64,000 nt of DNA from a virus. The position numbers and the translations under genes are program-made. The stretch lies in the IMG/VR virus record IMGVR_UViG_3300046674_000395, positions 1 through 64,000 of that record; one strand, written 5' to 3'. The notes under the pieces are model-generated. The model did not search any database, was not told the DNA's origin, and was given only the letters and a program-made list of their open reading frames with translations. This document shows, piece by piece, positions 17,199 through 26,743 of the stretch (its first letter is position 1; each line of letters starts with the position of its first letter).

Positions 17199-18157
17199 CA
17201 GGCGCTACCGGACGGCGTGCCCGTGAACTTCACGAACGCGTCCGTGTCACCGATCACCAGACCGTAGTAGGCCTCGGCGAGCAGCAGGACCAGGTTCTCC
17301 TGGAACGCCGAGTGGACGCCGCCGTCCTCGTCGACGTAGGTGGCCTCCTTGGAGATCCGCACGGTGATGTCCATGCCGACACCGAACGCGGCCTGCGACC
17401 AGTCGCCGCCGATGCCACGCAGACCGGAGTCGCTGGACGCCGACTGCCGGCGCTGCTTGCCCGACACCGAACGGGAGTACGCGAGAGGCTCCCCGATCAG
17501 GGTGCCGGCCGACGCCATGTTCGTTCCCGGCGTGGTCGTGTCGACCAGGATCGGCCGGCCCGTCGTGTCCGTCGCGAGCAGCAGCTTCGGCTTCAGGCGG
17601 TGGTCCGCGACCGTACCGGTGTAGTCCCAGTCCGAGTCGATGACCATCTCCATGCCCTTGACCAGGTCGGCCCAGATGCCGCCGCTCGCCTGTGCCGTCG
17701 TGCCCAGAGCCACCGCGTTGGTGGTCTCCGCCAGGTAGTCGTCGAACGGACCGGTCGCGCCCTTCATGGTCTTGCCGTGGATCGCGGCGTGGTCGAAGGC
17801 GCGCGCGAACGCGGTCGGCAGGTCCGTCTGCAGCTGCGTCCACAGGCCGCCCGCGTTGGTCATGACGACCTCTTCGGCGACCGGGATGAGAACGGCGAGC
17901 TTCTTCGCCGTCATCTGCTTCACACCGACGGACGAGGTGGACAGGGGCTTCTTCGCCGCCTGCCCGACCCAGTCCGCGGTGGGCACGTCCATCGGGATCG
18001 GCACCGACGTGGTCGCGTCGATCGCCAGCGGAGCGCGCCGCGCCAGGGCCATGACCGCGGACTGCTCGACGCTCTTCTCGAAGATCGGAGCGGTCAGAGT
18101 CCTCGGGAGCAGTGAAGCGTTGACATCGGAGAGCTTGAGCGGGGCCGTAGCCACCAT
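17198..18157 (-). CDS. Major capsid protein (HK97 fold)
   Basis: 319 aa after the scaffold gene. Typical actinophage capsid sequence (ALARRAPLAID...WVGQAAKKP...). Ser/Thr/Gly-rich C-terminal tail TGTPSGSA. Confidence 0.85.
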   Translation of the reverse strand: MVATAPLKLSDVNASLLPRTLTAPIFEKSVEQSAVMALARRAPLAIDATTSVPIPMDVPTADWVGQAAKKPLSTSSVGVKQMTAKKLAVLIPVAEEVVMTNAGGLWTQLQTDLPTAFARAFDHAAIHGKTMKGATGPFDDYLAETTNAVALGTTAQASGGIWADLVKGMEMVIDSDWDYTGTVADHRLKPKLLLATDTTGRPILVDTTTPGTNMASAGTLIGEPLAYSRSVSGKQRRQSASSDSGLRGIGGDWSQAAFGVGMDITVRISKEATYVDEDGGVHSAFQENLVLLLAEAYYGLVIGDTDAFVKFTGTPSGSA

Positions 18158-18177
18158 GATCTACTCGCTTTCAGCGA

Positions 18178-18831
18178 CTACGTAAGCCGCGACTTGGTCC
18201 ACGCGGCGAACTCGTCCGCCGGGGTGAGGGTCCGTTGGTTGTTGGCACCAGACGCCTGAGTGCGGTCCGGTGCGGGACGCCGCGGGCCCTCCTGGGGCTG
18301 GGCCTTCGCCCAGTGCGGCTTGCGCTCCAAAAGCGCCTGGAGATCCGCCTCGATGGCGGACTCGTCGATGTCGCCGTCAGAGTCGATGTACGAGGAGAGA
18401 TCGAGCGCGCCAACCGCGTCCTCGGGATCCGTGAACGCGGCGCGATCCTCCGAGGGGGCGCCAGCCAGGGCCTGAACGCGCGCCTTCGCCAAGCTCTGGC
18501 GCGTCCTCGCGATCTGGTCGTTGGCCCGCTGCAGCTGATCGTTGAGACGCTCAGACTCCGTCTTCTCGGCGTCCTTGATGGCCTGCAGCTCAGCGGCCTT
18601 TGGCTCCAGCTCCTTCAGGCGCTGCCGGAGGTTCTTGGCCTCCTGGTTCGCCTTCCGGATCTTTGCCTCGGCCTGCTTCCGGTCGAACGGCCTCTCCTCG
18701 CCGCCGGACTCCGCCTCCTGGGCTTCCTCCGCCGCCTCAGTGCCGTCCTGCCCTTCGGTCGCCGTCTCCTCGACAGTTCCCTCGGTCCCGGACTCCTGCT
18801 GCTCGCTGTTCTGCTCGTTCTCTTCAGACAT
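18178..18831 (-). CDS. Scaffolding protein
   Basis: Highly acidic, coiled-coil 217-aa protein directly upstream of the capsid gene. Confidence 0.75.
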   Translation of the reverse strand: MSEENEQNSEQQESGTEGTVEETATEGQDGTEAAEEAQEAESGGEERPFDRKQAEAKIRKANQEAKNLRQRLKELEPKAAELQAIKDAEKTESERLNDQLQRANDQIARTRQSLAKARVQALAGAPSEDRAAFTDPEDAVGALDLSSYIDSDGDIDESAIEADLQALLERKPHWAKAQPQEGPRRPAPDRTQASGANNQRTLTPADEFAAWTKSRLT

Positions 18832-18894
18832 GGCGAATCGGCCCTCCAGGGGCTGTGGAAATGAGAAAGGCCGCCACCAGGGCGACCTCGTTGA

Positions 18895-19710
18895 TCAGAA
18901 AGATCCGGGGAGCGGGTTCGAGTCGTGCTCCGCCAGTGCCCGCCTGAACAGGCGGAGTTGGTCTCCCGGATGGCCTTGGGCGTACTCGCGGTAGATGCGA
19001 TCCCACTCCGCCGCATGCGGCGACAACTCGAACTGCTGCCCCCGGAAGACGGGGATGATCGCGCAGTGGCAGTTGTTGTGGAACTTCACCACCGACGCGT
19101 CACCGGTGAAGCGGTCATTCGCGTCTCGACCGGCGGTCTGGGCGTTCTTGTAGACGGCCCCGCGGGACGCCATGAGCTTGCAGAACGAGCAGGCGCCGAG
19201 CGCTGCGGCGCGCGCGTAGGAAACCGCCTCCCGATCCGCTTTCACGGCCTGCCGCAGGGTCTCCCGGCCGCGGTCGGCGACCAGCTTCTGGGCCGCCCCG
19301 TCCGCCTTCACGATCGCAGCCTCGAGTCGAACGTCGAACGGCTCCTGCTGCGCGACCGTGGCGTCGGCCTCATCGTGTGGCCACAGATCCTTCGTGGCCC
19401 AGCGCAGCGACGAGTCAACCTGCTCATCCGGCGGCGGATCGGCCAGCGGCACCGTGAACGAGCCGGGCACGCCGGCCGCCTCGCGCTCACCGTCGTAGAA
19501 ATCGGCAGCCAGTGTCGCCGACGTCTCCGAATAGCGGGCCACGACTTCGGTCACCGCGTCGATCCACGGCGGCACAGTCGCCTGGAGGCGGTTCTGGTTG
19601 ATAAGCCGCCGCAACGCCAGCAGATCCCGCAAGAGCAGGCGCGTCAGCCCACGCTGAGCCGCCCGCCACTTTCCGGACGATTCCGAGCCGTCAGAGGTTG
19701 TCGATGCCAA
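18895..19710 (-). CDS. MuF-like minor capsid / head morphogenesis protein
   Basis: Follows the portal gene. C-terminal Cys/His cluster (CSFC...HNNCHC). TTG start at 19710 with a GGAGG RBS. Confidence 0.7.
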   Translation of the reverse strand: MASTTSDGSESSGKWRAAQRGLTRLLLRDLLALRRLINQNRLQATVPPWIDAVTEVVARYSETSATLAADFYDGEREAAGVPGSFTVPLADPPPDEQVDSSLRWATKDLWPHDEADATVAQQEPFDVRLEAAIVKADGAAQKLVADRGRETLRQAVKADREAVSYARAAALGACSFCKLMASRGAVYKNAQTAGRDANDRFTGDASVVKFHNNCHCAIIPVFRGQQFELSPHAAEWDRIYREYAQGHPGDQLRLFRRALAEHDSNPLPGSF

Positions 19711-21157
19711 GGTCGGCCTCCGGTGACTGCGGCGCTGCCGGGGCAGCCGCCCCGGAGCCGAGTTCGGCGAGCCGGTCCATCAGGGCGCTGCTGCCTGCAC
19801 GTCCGGCGGCGCGCTGCCGGTCTGCGCGGACCCGCTTGCGCTGGCTTTCCGTCAGCCCGGCCATCTCCAGCGTTACGTCGCTGTCGGCCGGCAGGATCCC
19901 TTGCTGAACGAGCTTCACGGTCGCATCCGCCTGGGCCGCGATCGTCGGCGTCGCCGGGTTCCGCCACACCGTCTCGATGCGCCGTGTCTTGTCCGGCGGC
20001 ACCCCGTCACGCACCCACAGGGCGAGGCGCATCGCGTCCTGCCAGCCGCGCCCGAGTCGTCGGATGCGCCGTTCAGACTTCTTCACCAGCTTCGCTTCGG
20101 TCGACCGGATGGCGTCCGCGGAGGCCGGGTTGTCCGTCGTGTATCCCAACATGTGCGGCGGGAGACCGAACTGTGAGCTCATGATCCGCGCATACAGGTC
20201 GACGATCTTCGTCTGCCCGGACGGGTCGTGCGCAGGAAACTGGCCGACGTCGGGGACGTTGCCGTCCTCGTCCCGCTCCAAAGCGAGAACCCGGCCGATG
20301 TACGTCTCCCACGCCGACTTCGCGTTGCCCTCGGCGTCCTGGAACGCCGACTCGGACGCGCCGAGGATGTAGCGCTGCGGAGCGCCGAAGAACTCCGCCG
20401 CGACCTCGATACCCATCAGGCGCCGACACGCAGCGTCCGTGATCGACATGACGTCGTTGGTGATCTCCGACTTGCCGACTCGGTCCGCGGTGCGCTGCCG
20501 GTTCGCCAGCCGCACTACCGGGACGACGCCGAGGCCGTGCATGTCGCGCTCGACAACCTCCCAGCCGCCCGAGGTGTTCGGCATGGCCGTGATCGTCTGG
20601 TCCGGCAGGTAGAGCACGATCATGCGCTCTTCCGGACCCGACTCGATGTAGCTGTCGGCCGCGCACTCACGCAGCGCTGCCGTGCCCATCCGGAGACGGG
20701 CATCCCACAGCAGCGTCATATCGAGCGGCGACTCCACCGTGATCAGCGGCGGGCAGTCCCCTCCACAGTCGCCGGAGCCGACCGCCAGATACTCGCGGCC
20801 GTAGACCAGTGCATCCAGGTGAGCCAGCGACGACTCGTCGAACAAGTCGTTCGCGTCGGCGATCTCCTCCAGTTCCGTCGAGTCCGCGCCGTCAGCCCAC
20901 CTGAACGCCTCCAGGTCGAGGCGCTCCTCCAGGGACTCGACACCAACGCGCGGCCAACCGATCACCGTGTGCAGGCCCTTGAGCTGCGGCGGGATCGAAA
21001 TACCGAGGTCGCGGACCAACTGCTCGCCGTTGAAGTAGGCGTCCCGCAGCTTCAGCTCGTACCGGTCGCGCATCATGTCCGCACGCAGGACGTTGATCAG
21101 AGCGAGTTCGTCGTCCGACAGGAACGTCAGCGGGAGCTCGGGGGCGTAAGCGGTCAT
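19691..21157 (-). CDS. Portal protein (SPP1 gp6-like)
   Basis: 488 aa. ATGA overlap with terL. Typical N-terminus LSDDELALINVLRADM...YFNGEQ. Confidence 0.85.
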   Translation of the reverse strand: MTAYAPELPLTFLSDDELALINVLRADMMRDRYELKLRDAYFNGEQLVRDLGISIPPQLKGLHTVIGWPRVGVESLEERLDLEAFRWADGADSTELEEIADANDLFDESSLAHLDALVYGREYLAVGSGDCGGDCPPLITVESPLDMTLLWDARLRMGTAALRECAADSYIESGPEERMIVLYLPDQTITAMPNTSGGWEVVERDMHGLGVVPVVRLANRQRTADRVGKSEITNDVMSITDAACRRLMGIEVAAEFFGAPQRYILGASESAFQDAEGNAKSAWETYIGRVLALERDEDGNVPDVGQFPAHDPSGQTKIVDLYARIMSSQFGLPPHMLGYTTDNPASADAIRSTEAKLVKKSERRIRRLGRGWQDAMRLALWVRDGVPPDKTRRIETVWRNPATPTIAAQADATVKLVQQGILPADSDVTLEMAGLTESQRKRVRADRQRAAGRAGSSALMDRLAELGSGAAAPAAPQSPEADLGIDNL

Positions 21158-22908
21158 CGCAGCACCACCACCCGTCCTTTGCCGCCGGTCTTCTTCTTGG
21201 GCCGCTTCGGCGAGTTGAGGATCATGCGGCGCAGCATTCGCGCCCCGATCGCGCACACCGCGAGGTCGATCTTCCGTGCAGACTCACGGTGCTCCTTGCC
21301 GATCGTGATCCCCCAACGGTTCGTCCTGCGCCTCGCGTTGATCACGTGAGTACGCAGCACCTTGTGCCCGTCATGGATGAGCGTCCGCTCCAGCACGTCC
21401 GCGTGAGTCCGCTTCACAGCCTCCGTGAACGTCTCCTGATTGCGGGTATCACGCATGTCCCAACGCACAGCATGAGCCTTCGGGCCCGACATCACCGACC
21501 GCAGCGCAAGCTTGGAACCCCACGCCTGACCCCACGTGTCGATGTAGGCGTCCCAGTACATCTCGCCGTCGTCATCGTCCTGACCAGAGCCTGGGTCGGC
21601 GAAGAACGCCAGCACCTTGAACCGACCGAACGCGTTCTCGACGACGCCATGGACCTCGTCGCGAGGCACCCGGTAGGGCACGAAGCCTGGAGTGTTCGGC
21701 GCCGGCCAGTTCGCTGGCTTCTGCCACACGCCGAGCGCGGACACCAGCCCGTCCGACATCCGGCAGGCCGCCAGGCCCGTCGCGTCGTCCGACTTGGAGC
21801 CGTCGAAGAACAGGACGACCTCGTCGCCGTCGGCGAGCGCCAGGTCCTCGCGCTTGCAGGCGTCCCACTCGTAGCGGGCCATCCACGCGTCCTCGGCCGC
21901 GGCGATCTGGTTGTACCAGAAGCGGCGTGACCGGGACGGCGGGTTACGGACGTCGAGGATCGACGCCTTCAGCCGGCCGATGTCCAGCCACGTCGAATCC
22001 CCGCGGACCGCGCGAAGCGTCGGCTCGATCCACGCCTCTGTCAGTTTCGCCTCGGGCGGAGCCTCCAGCGTGTCGTAGAACAGCCCGACATTCACGGCCC
22101 GGCCGGCCTCCGCGGCCTCGTAGGCGTCCCTGGTCCGCTCCGCTACGGAGTCCTCGCCGGGTTCGAAGGCATTCGTGTCCGCCAGCGTCCTCGACTGCCC
22201 GTCGGCGCTCTTGGTTGCGTTGCGCTCGATCACGGCCGCCATCTCGTGGCCCGAGTTCGACTCCAGCCAGTGATGCGTCTCCCCCATCGAGGTGAAGGTT
22301 GGCCGCCCACCTTCCAAGGCGCGCGGCGACGACGTCACAGCCTCGACTCGAGCCCGGCCCTTGTCGGCATAGATGATTTCCTTGCCGAGGTCGATCCGGA
22401 ACTCTTCGATCGCCCGCTTCGAGAGGATCAGCGGGAACAGCGTCATCGTGTTCCGCGTCTGATCCTGCGACACGGCCGCGATCTGCACCCACGCCGCCGG
22501 ATGCTGAATCCCCAACGGCTGCCCCGGCTGGACACCCCACTCGTTGCCCTCGTCCGCGACCCCGTCAAAACGGCACGGCCCCACGAACTCGAACGCCGCC
22601 CACGTCGCCTTCAGTGGATCCTTGCCATGACCCTTCAGGCGCTGGATCACGCCGTCGCGCCATAGGAACCGGTTCGTCACCGGATCCATCGCGTACCACC
22701 ACAAGGTCAAACGGGCCTGCTCGGGCGTGTACTGCCACGGCTTGCCGACGTAGTGCTGCAGGTACGTCTTCGTCCAGGCGAGGCACTGCCACCCCAGCGT
22801 GTACTCGGGCAGCAGGAACTTCCCGTTCGGGCCGCGCTTCCACGTCGGCCCGAGAGTGAAGGGTTCGACGACGTCCGGGACCTGCTCGTCAACCGCCTGC
22901 GATGTCAC
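21154..22908 (-). CDS. terL: Terminase large subunit
   Basis: 584 aa with ATPase and nuclease halves in the canonical position. GTG start overlaps the terS end. Confidence 0.85.
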   Translation of the reverse strand: MTSQAVDEQVPDVVEPFTLGPTWKRGPNGKFLLPEYTLGWQCLAWTKTYLQHYVGKPWQYTPEQARLTLWWYAMDPVTNRFLWRDGVIQRLKGHGKDPLKATWAAFEFVGPCRFDGVADEGNEWGVQPGQPLGIQHPAAWVQIAAVSQDQTRNTMTLFPLILSKRAIEEFRIDLGKEIIYADKGRARVEAVTSSPRALEGGRPTFTSMGETHHWLESNSGHEMAAVIERNATKSADGQSRTLADTNAFEPGEDSVAERTRDAYEAAEAGRAVNVGLFYDTLEAPPEAKLTEAWIEPTLRAVRGDSTWLDIGRLKASILDVRNPPSRSRRFWYNQIAAAEDAWMARYEWDACKREDLALADGDEVVLFFDGSKSDDATGLAACRMSDGLVSALGVWQKPANWPAPNTPGFVPYRVPRDEVHGVVENAFGRFKVLAFFADPGSGQDDDDGEMYWDAYIDTWGQAWGSKLALRSVMSGPKAHAVRWDMRDTRNQETFTEAVKRTHADVLERTLIHDGHKVLRTHVINARRRTNRWGITIGKEHRESARKIDLAVCAIGARMLRRMILNSPKRPKKKTGGKGRVVVLR

Positions 22909-23326
22909 GGTAGGAATCCAGCGGGCTCACCGAAGCCAACCTCGGCCCGGCAGGCTTCTTCCGCTCCAGCTCCATCCGGGCACGGCGACGGTCACCCTCG
23001 GTCGTCAGCAGTGACGCCATCGCGCTGTTGAGCGCCGCGACGTACTGCCCGTTCGGCGGCCGATCCTCCGACAGTCCGCGGGACATGAGCTCAGCGACGT
23101 AGCGGGCGACCGCCCAGTCCGACGGCTCGTAGAACGCGGCCTGCCCAGACTCGCGCAGGCTCAGGTACCAGTCTGTGGCGATCGGATGCCACAGCTCGTT
23201 CGGCTCGGGCAAGTCCGGTAGATCCTCGGGAGCCCCGGACGGGGCCTGGACCAACTCGGGGCCGTCGTCCTTGTTGCGGCGACGGCGTTCCTCGGAACGC
23301 TTCGGGATAGGTCCGTGTGCGCCCAT
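22889..23326 (-). CDS. terS: Terminase small subunit
   Basis: ATG at 23326 with a GGAGG RBS. The basic N-terminus GPIPKRSEERRRRNKD is typical of actinophage small terminases. Confidence 0.7.
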   Translation of the reverse strand: MGAHGPIPKRSEERRRRNKDDGPELVQAPSGAPEDLPDLPEPNELWHPIATDWYLSLRESGQAAFYEPSDWAVARYVAELMSRGLSEDRPPNGQYVAALNSAMASLLTTEGDRRRARMELERKKPAGPRLASVSPLDSYRDIAGG

Positions 23327-23411
23327 GACGACCTCCAGGGTCAGAGCACGCCACCAGGGCATGCAGAGGGCTGGAAACAACGACGCCCCACCCAAGGACA
23401 CCGCCGGGGCG

Positions 23412-24038
23412 TCAGAGCGAGGCGATCAAACCGGCTGCATCAGGCAGCTCGGCAAGGCTGAGCGGCGTACCCGGAACCCGGTCGCCGACGATCATGTAGC
23501 GGCGATCCGAGTACACCTCGACCGCCAACTCCCCCTTGCGGATACGTCGGCCAGCCGGGACCGCGCCACGGAACCACAGATGCAGGCCGGTACCCGACCG
23601 GCCACGCTCCATGTACGTCGGCGGCAGCTGGTCCACGATCCCCTGCGCCCAGGGCAACACCTGGCCGTCCTCGACCGCATGGTCCAGGTCGACAACGACG
23701 ATGCCGTCGCCGGCCGTCAGCACGAAGCCGACACCATCACCGGTGCAGGAGGCCGCAGCCGTCGAGTAGTCCGACCAGGACGAGGGATCCTTCACCGAGG
23801 CGAAGCGGCCGTCGATGCGCATCGGAACCTTGCCCTTGTGTCGCACCCAGCGGGGACGCGAGGTCAACTCGGCCGGGATGCGGGCCTGCTGCTCGGCCAT
23901 CAGCTCCGCGTCGCGCTGGCGCTTACGGGCCCGAGCTGCGAGGACGCGGTGCGAGTCCGAGCAGTAGCGGCGGTCAGACCGGTGCACGACCGGCAGCTCT
24001 CCCCCGCAGTGCTCGCACTTCTGAAGCGTCCCTGGCAT
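23412..24038 (-). CDS. PrimPol-like (archaeo-eukaryotic primase superfamily) protein with an N-terminal zinc ribbon
   Basis: CEHCGG...YCSDSHR ribbon. Catalytic-type motifs VVVDLDH and GTGLHLWF. Confidence 0.65.
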   Translation of the reverse strand: MPGTLQKCEHCGGELPVVHRSDRRYCSDSHRVLAARARKRQRDAELMAEQQARIPAELTSRPRWVRHKGKVPMRIDGRFASVKDPSSWSDYSTAAASCTGDGVGFVLTAGDGIVVVDLDHAVEDGQVLPWAQGIVDQLPPTYMERGRSGTGLHLWFRGAVPAGRRIRKGELAVEVYSDRRYMIVGDRVPGTPLSLAELPDAAGLIASL

Positions 24039-24216
24039 GAGTCCAGGATAGCGGGCCGAGTTAACGGCTATAGGCGATTGACCTGCACAGTTACTGATCC
24101 GAGACGAAGTCCGCCGGAGGGGGGCGCCGCGCCGGCTCGACGTCTCCGCAGGTCAGGGCCCTGGGAACCCGTACACGGGGTCAGGTGCTATACGGGCCCG
24201 ACCCCAAAATAAAGTT

Positions 24217-24317
24217 GATCTTGGGATATCCCCCCAGGTGATCTTGGTCTGCATGATCTTGAAAAGTTTGAATTGGATCAAGGAATTTCAATCCCAATGG
24301 ATCTTGAGATGATCTCG
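24217..24317. repeat. AT-rich block with four direct GATCTTG copies (24217, 24240, 24255, 24300) plus GATCTCG and GATCAAG variants. Candidate cos / small-terminase binding or regulatory region.
   Basis: By hand count, about 37-47% G+C across the segments of 24201-24360, against about 70% in the flanks. Lies in a 567-bp non-coding gap between the HNH-side genes and the packaging genes. Confidence 0.5.
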
Positions 24318-24449
24318 AACACCTGAACCTTGATCACATCGAACAGTCAATCGACCTTCGCTGACTGATCACTCAGCTCGACGAGTCGACACTGACCATG
24401 ACCACATCGCCTGCCTCACCCTCGCCTGCCCTCGGCCGGCACGCACCCT

Positions 24450-24467
24450 GGGTGGGTGGGGTGGGGG
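24450..24467 (+). other. Canonical G-quadruplex motif GGGTGGGTGGGGTGGGGG
   Basis: Four G-runs with 1-nt loops in the non-coding region, followed by the C-run tract CCCTACCCCTACC. Confidence 0.4.
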
Positions 24468-24605
24468 CAGCGCCTGCCCTACCCCTACCGCTCCCGGCCG
24501 CCGAGGGAGGCGTGCACCAGCAGCCACCCCGTCGCCCGTCCTCCTGGGTGACGGGCCTGACCTCAGGCCGGCTGACACGGTCGGCTTCGGAGCGACTCGG
24601 TTGGC

Positions 24606-24863
24606 CTATCGCCCACGTCCCTTGATCCCTCGGTTGGCCTTCGACCCGGGCCAGATCCCGGTGGCCTCGTGGAAGCGAAGCGCGCAGTAGCCTTTCGCGC
24701 GCGGCCCCATGAAGCGCTGCACCCTGGACACACAGCGCGTGAACGATCCAGAGCGAGGCGCGAAGCCGATGCCAGCCGCCTTACCTCGACTGGTGGGGCG
24801 GTCGCTCCAGTAGCGGCGCCCTTCGCGGACGATGCGGCGGTTGGACTTGGCGCGGCTGGCCAC
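24606..24863 (-). CDS. Basic hypothetical protein (85 aa)
   Basis: High GC3 in frame. No motif recognised. Confidence 0.4.
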   Translation of the reverse strand: MASRAKSNRRIVREGRRYWSDRPTSRGKAAGIGFAPRSGSFTRCVSRVQRFMGPRAKGYCALRFHEATGIWPGSKANRGIKGRGR

Positions 24864-24869
24864 AGTCGG

Positions 24870-25292
24870 TCACTCCTTCTGCGGCGCGGACTCCTGGCTG
24901 ACGGGCTCCTGGTCTTCGTCTACCCGTTGGATCTGGGCGCCTAGTCCTGCGGGAATGGCGAGGCAGATCCCGGCGGCGTCGGTGAAGACTGCCCATCCGT
25001 CGGTGACATTGAGGCCGAGGTGGGGGTCTTCGATGAGGACGTCGTCACGCTTCTGGTCGCGCGGGTGGACGATCAGGTAGGCGGTCACGTGGCGGCGTGC
25101 CGAGGGAGCGCCACACCAGGAGCAGCGCGGGTCGAGTCCACGTTGCGCGGCGTGCCGTCCGTGGCGGTGGAGGTATCGCATCCGAGCGGCATAGAAGCGC
25201 GAGTAGGTATCGGAGTACAAGCGGTACAGGCCGCCGTGTTCGCGCTTGAAGCTGGGGACGCGCTCGTAGCAGAACTGCTGGAGTGCGTTCAC
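24870..25292 (-). CDS. Hypothetical protein (about 141 aa, GTG start at 25292)
   Basis: The protein-like sequence begins at VNALQQFCYERV. The upstream part of the track ORF is a shadow of the HNH gene. Confidence 0.5.
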   Translation of the reverse strand: MNALQQFCYERVPSFKREHGGLYRLYSDTYSRFYAARMRYLHRHGRHAAQRGLDPRCSWCGAPSARRHVTAYLIVHPRDQKRDDVLIEDPHLGLNVTDGWAVFTDAAGICLAIPAGLGAQIQRVDEDQEPVSQESAPQKE

Positions 25293-25308
25293 AGTGCGGG
25301 CCTCTCGC

Positions 25309-25602
25309 TCACAGGAGTCCGGGGTGTTGCTCGGGCGGTCGCTTCCGTCCGGCTTGGGGGTTGGCGCGCTGTGCGTCGTTGCCCTCGGCCGAAGACTTCT
25401 GCAGGTGGCAGGGTTCGCAGACTCCTTGTAGGCGATCCTCTGCGTGGTCGTCCGTCTTGGCTTTGACGTGGTCACAGTGGCTGGATGGCCGCACGCCGCA
25501 GATCTTGCACACCGGGTCGCGGGCGAGCACCTTGGCGCGGATGGTCCGCCAGTTCGACGGGAGCCGGCCCTTGCGGTCCGAACCCTGCCAGCTGCCGCTC
25601 AC
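25309..25602 (-). CDS. HNH endonuclease
   Basis: CKICG...HCDHV...CEPCH motif. Location near the packaging genes is typical of cos-type HK97-like phages. Confidence 0.8.
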   Translation of the reverse strand: MSGSWQGSDRKGRLPSNWRTIRAKVLARDPVCKICGVRPSSHCDHVKAKTDDHAEDRLQGVCEPCHLQKSSAEGNDAQRANPQAGRKRPPEQHPGLL

Positions 25603-25874
25603 GGCTGCGACTTGGCGTTGGGGTCATCCTTCTCGCCGGGTCGCCAGTCCGTGAGGAGTTCCAGGGTGAGCGTGTAGTCGTCGGGGTCGTAGCCGGTGAT
25701 CCGGTAGACGACCTGGTCCGCGAGGACGATGTCGCCTGCTTCTACGCGGAGGTAGAGGCCGGGGTGGGTGAGGAGTCCGACGTCCATCTTGGCCCGCTGG
25801 GGAGCGGCGTCGACGGTGACGCCTTTGCCGAGGTGGCGAGTCACTTGCACGTGCCCGTACTCGGTGCCGCTCAT
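25599..25874 (-). CDS. Hypothetical protein
   Basis: Coupled overlap with the HNH gene and a good coding frame. Confidence 0.55.
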   Translation of the reverse strand: MSGTEYGHVQVTRHLGKGVTVDAAPQRAKMDVGLLTHPGLYLRVEAGDIVLADQVVYRITGYDPDDYTLTLELLTDWRPGEKDDPNAKSQP

Positions 25875-25876
25875 CG

Positions 25877-26104
25877 CTACTCCTCGGGGCTGCGTTCGGT
25901 GTCGCTGCCGAGCGCCCAGTTCGCGAAGCCGGTGCGTTGCCCGAACGGACTGCTGGCGACGACGACGCCGTACAGCCGGATGGCGGCCGCTTCGGCCGCA
26001 TCGAGGGCGCCGTCGCCTTGGGCTTCGATGGTGATCTCGCGGACGCCGTCGCTGAGCTTGACGGTGACGTCAGGCACGGGGCTGCCCTGCGTCGTCGTGC
26101 TCAC
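25877..26104 (-). CDS. Hypothetical protein (alternative GTG start at 26077)
   Basis: Coding frame only. Confidence 0.5.
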   Translation of the reverse strand: MSTTTQGSPVPDVTVKLSDGVREITIEAQGDGALDAAEAAAIRLYGVVVASSPFGQRTGFANWALGSDTERSPEE

Positions 26105-26387
26105 TCCGGTACTTGGCGAGGGCTTCGCGAACGCCGTCTTCGCTACTGTCGCTTGAGTCCCACCATTCGACGGCTTGCCACAGGTCTGCGAGGCGCCGCA
26201 TGCGAACTTCGGTGCGGATCGCCCACTGGTTGAGGAGGACCACCAGCTCTTCGGTCTCTTTGGCGGCGTCGTCTGCGTAGCCGAGTTCGGCGAGCCGGTC
26301 GGCCATGGCCTTCAGGGAGTTGCGCCGGGTGAGGAGGTCTTCGAGGTCCACGGCAGCGCACAGGTAGTTGTAGCTGCCGCCGCTCAT
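26070..26387 (-). CDS. Hypothetical protein (MSGGSYNYL family, common in actinophages)
   Basis: Coding frame and a helical acidic protein. Confidence 0.55.
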   Translation of the reverse strand: MSGGSYNYLCAAVDLEDLLTRRNSLKAMADRLAELGYADDAAKETEELVVLLNQWAIRTEVRMRRLADLWQAVEWWDSSDSSEDGVREALAKYRSEHDDAGQPRA

Positions 26388-26743
26388 CGCTGGGTTTCCC
26401 TGTTCAGGGCGTCGGCAAGTTCTGCTTGCGCCTTGCGGATCTCGTCCTGAACTTGCTCGCGGAACTGCTCGAAGTCGGGCTCGACTCGAATCTTCAGCGG
26501 ATAGCCGTCAGGGTCGACCGGGACTTCATTGGCAGGGATCTCGATGGTCTCGTTGAAGACGAGGACTTGTCGTGCGCCGATTTTCTCGGCTACGCCTTCC
26601 CATTCGGAGGCGGGGGCTTCCTGATCGGCGCCGAGGATGTAGCGCTGGTACTCGTGCTGGTCGACGACGAGCACGAACGGAGTTTCCTCGGTGCCGTCGG
26701 GACGCTCGACGGTAGGGAGTTCGAGGATCTGCAGGCGGGCCAT
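26384..26743 (-). CDS. Hypothetical protein
   Basis: ATGA-type coupling on both sides. Confidence 0.55.
   Translation of the reverse strand: MARLQILELPTVERPDGTEETPFVLVVDQHEYQRYILGADQEAPASEWEGVAEKIGARQVLVFNETIEIPANEVPVDPDGYPLKIRVEPDFEQFREQVQDEIRKAQAELADALNRETQR

Noticed and set aside
24369-24625. ORFs 24369-24578 (-) and 24398-24625 (+) in the large gap
   Set aside because: They overlap each other on opposite strands and have Pro/Gly/Ala/Arg-rich translations. They span the G-run and C-run tract. The region is treated as non-coding.
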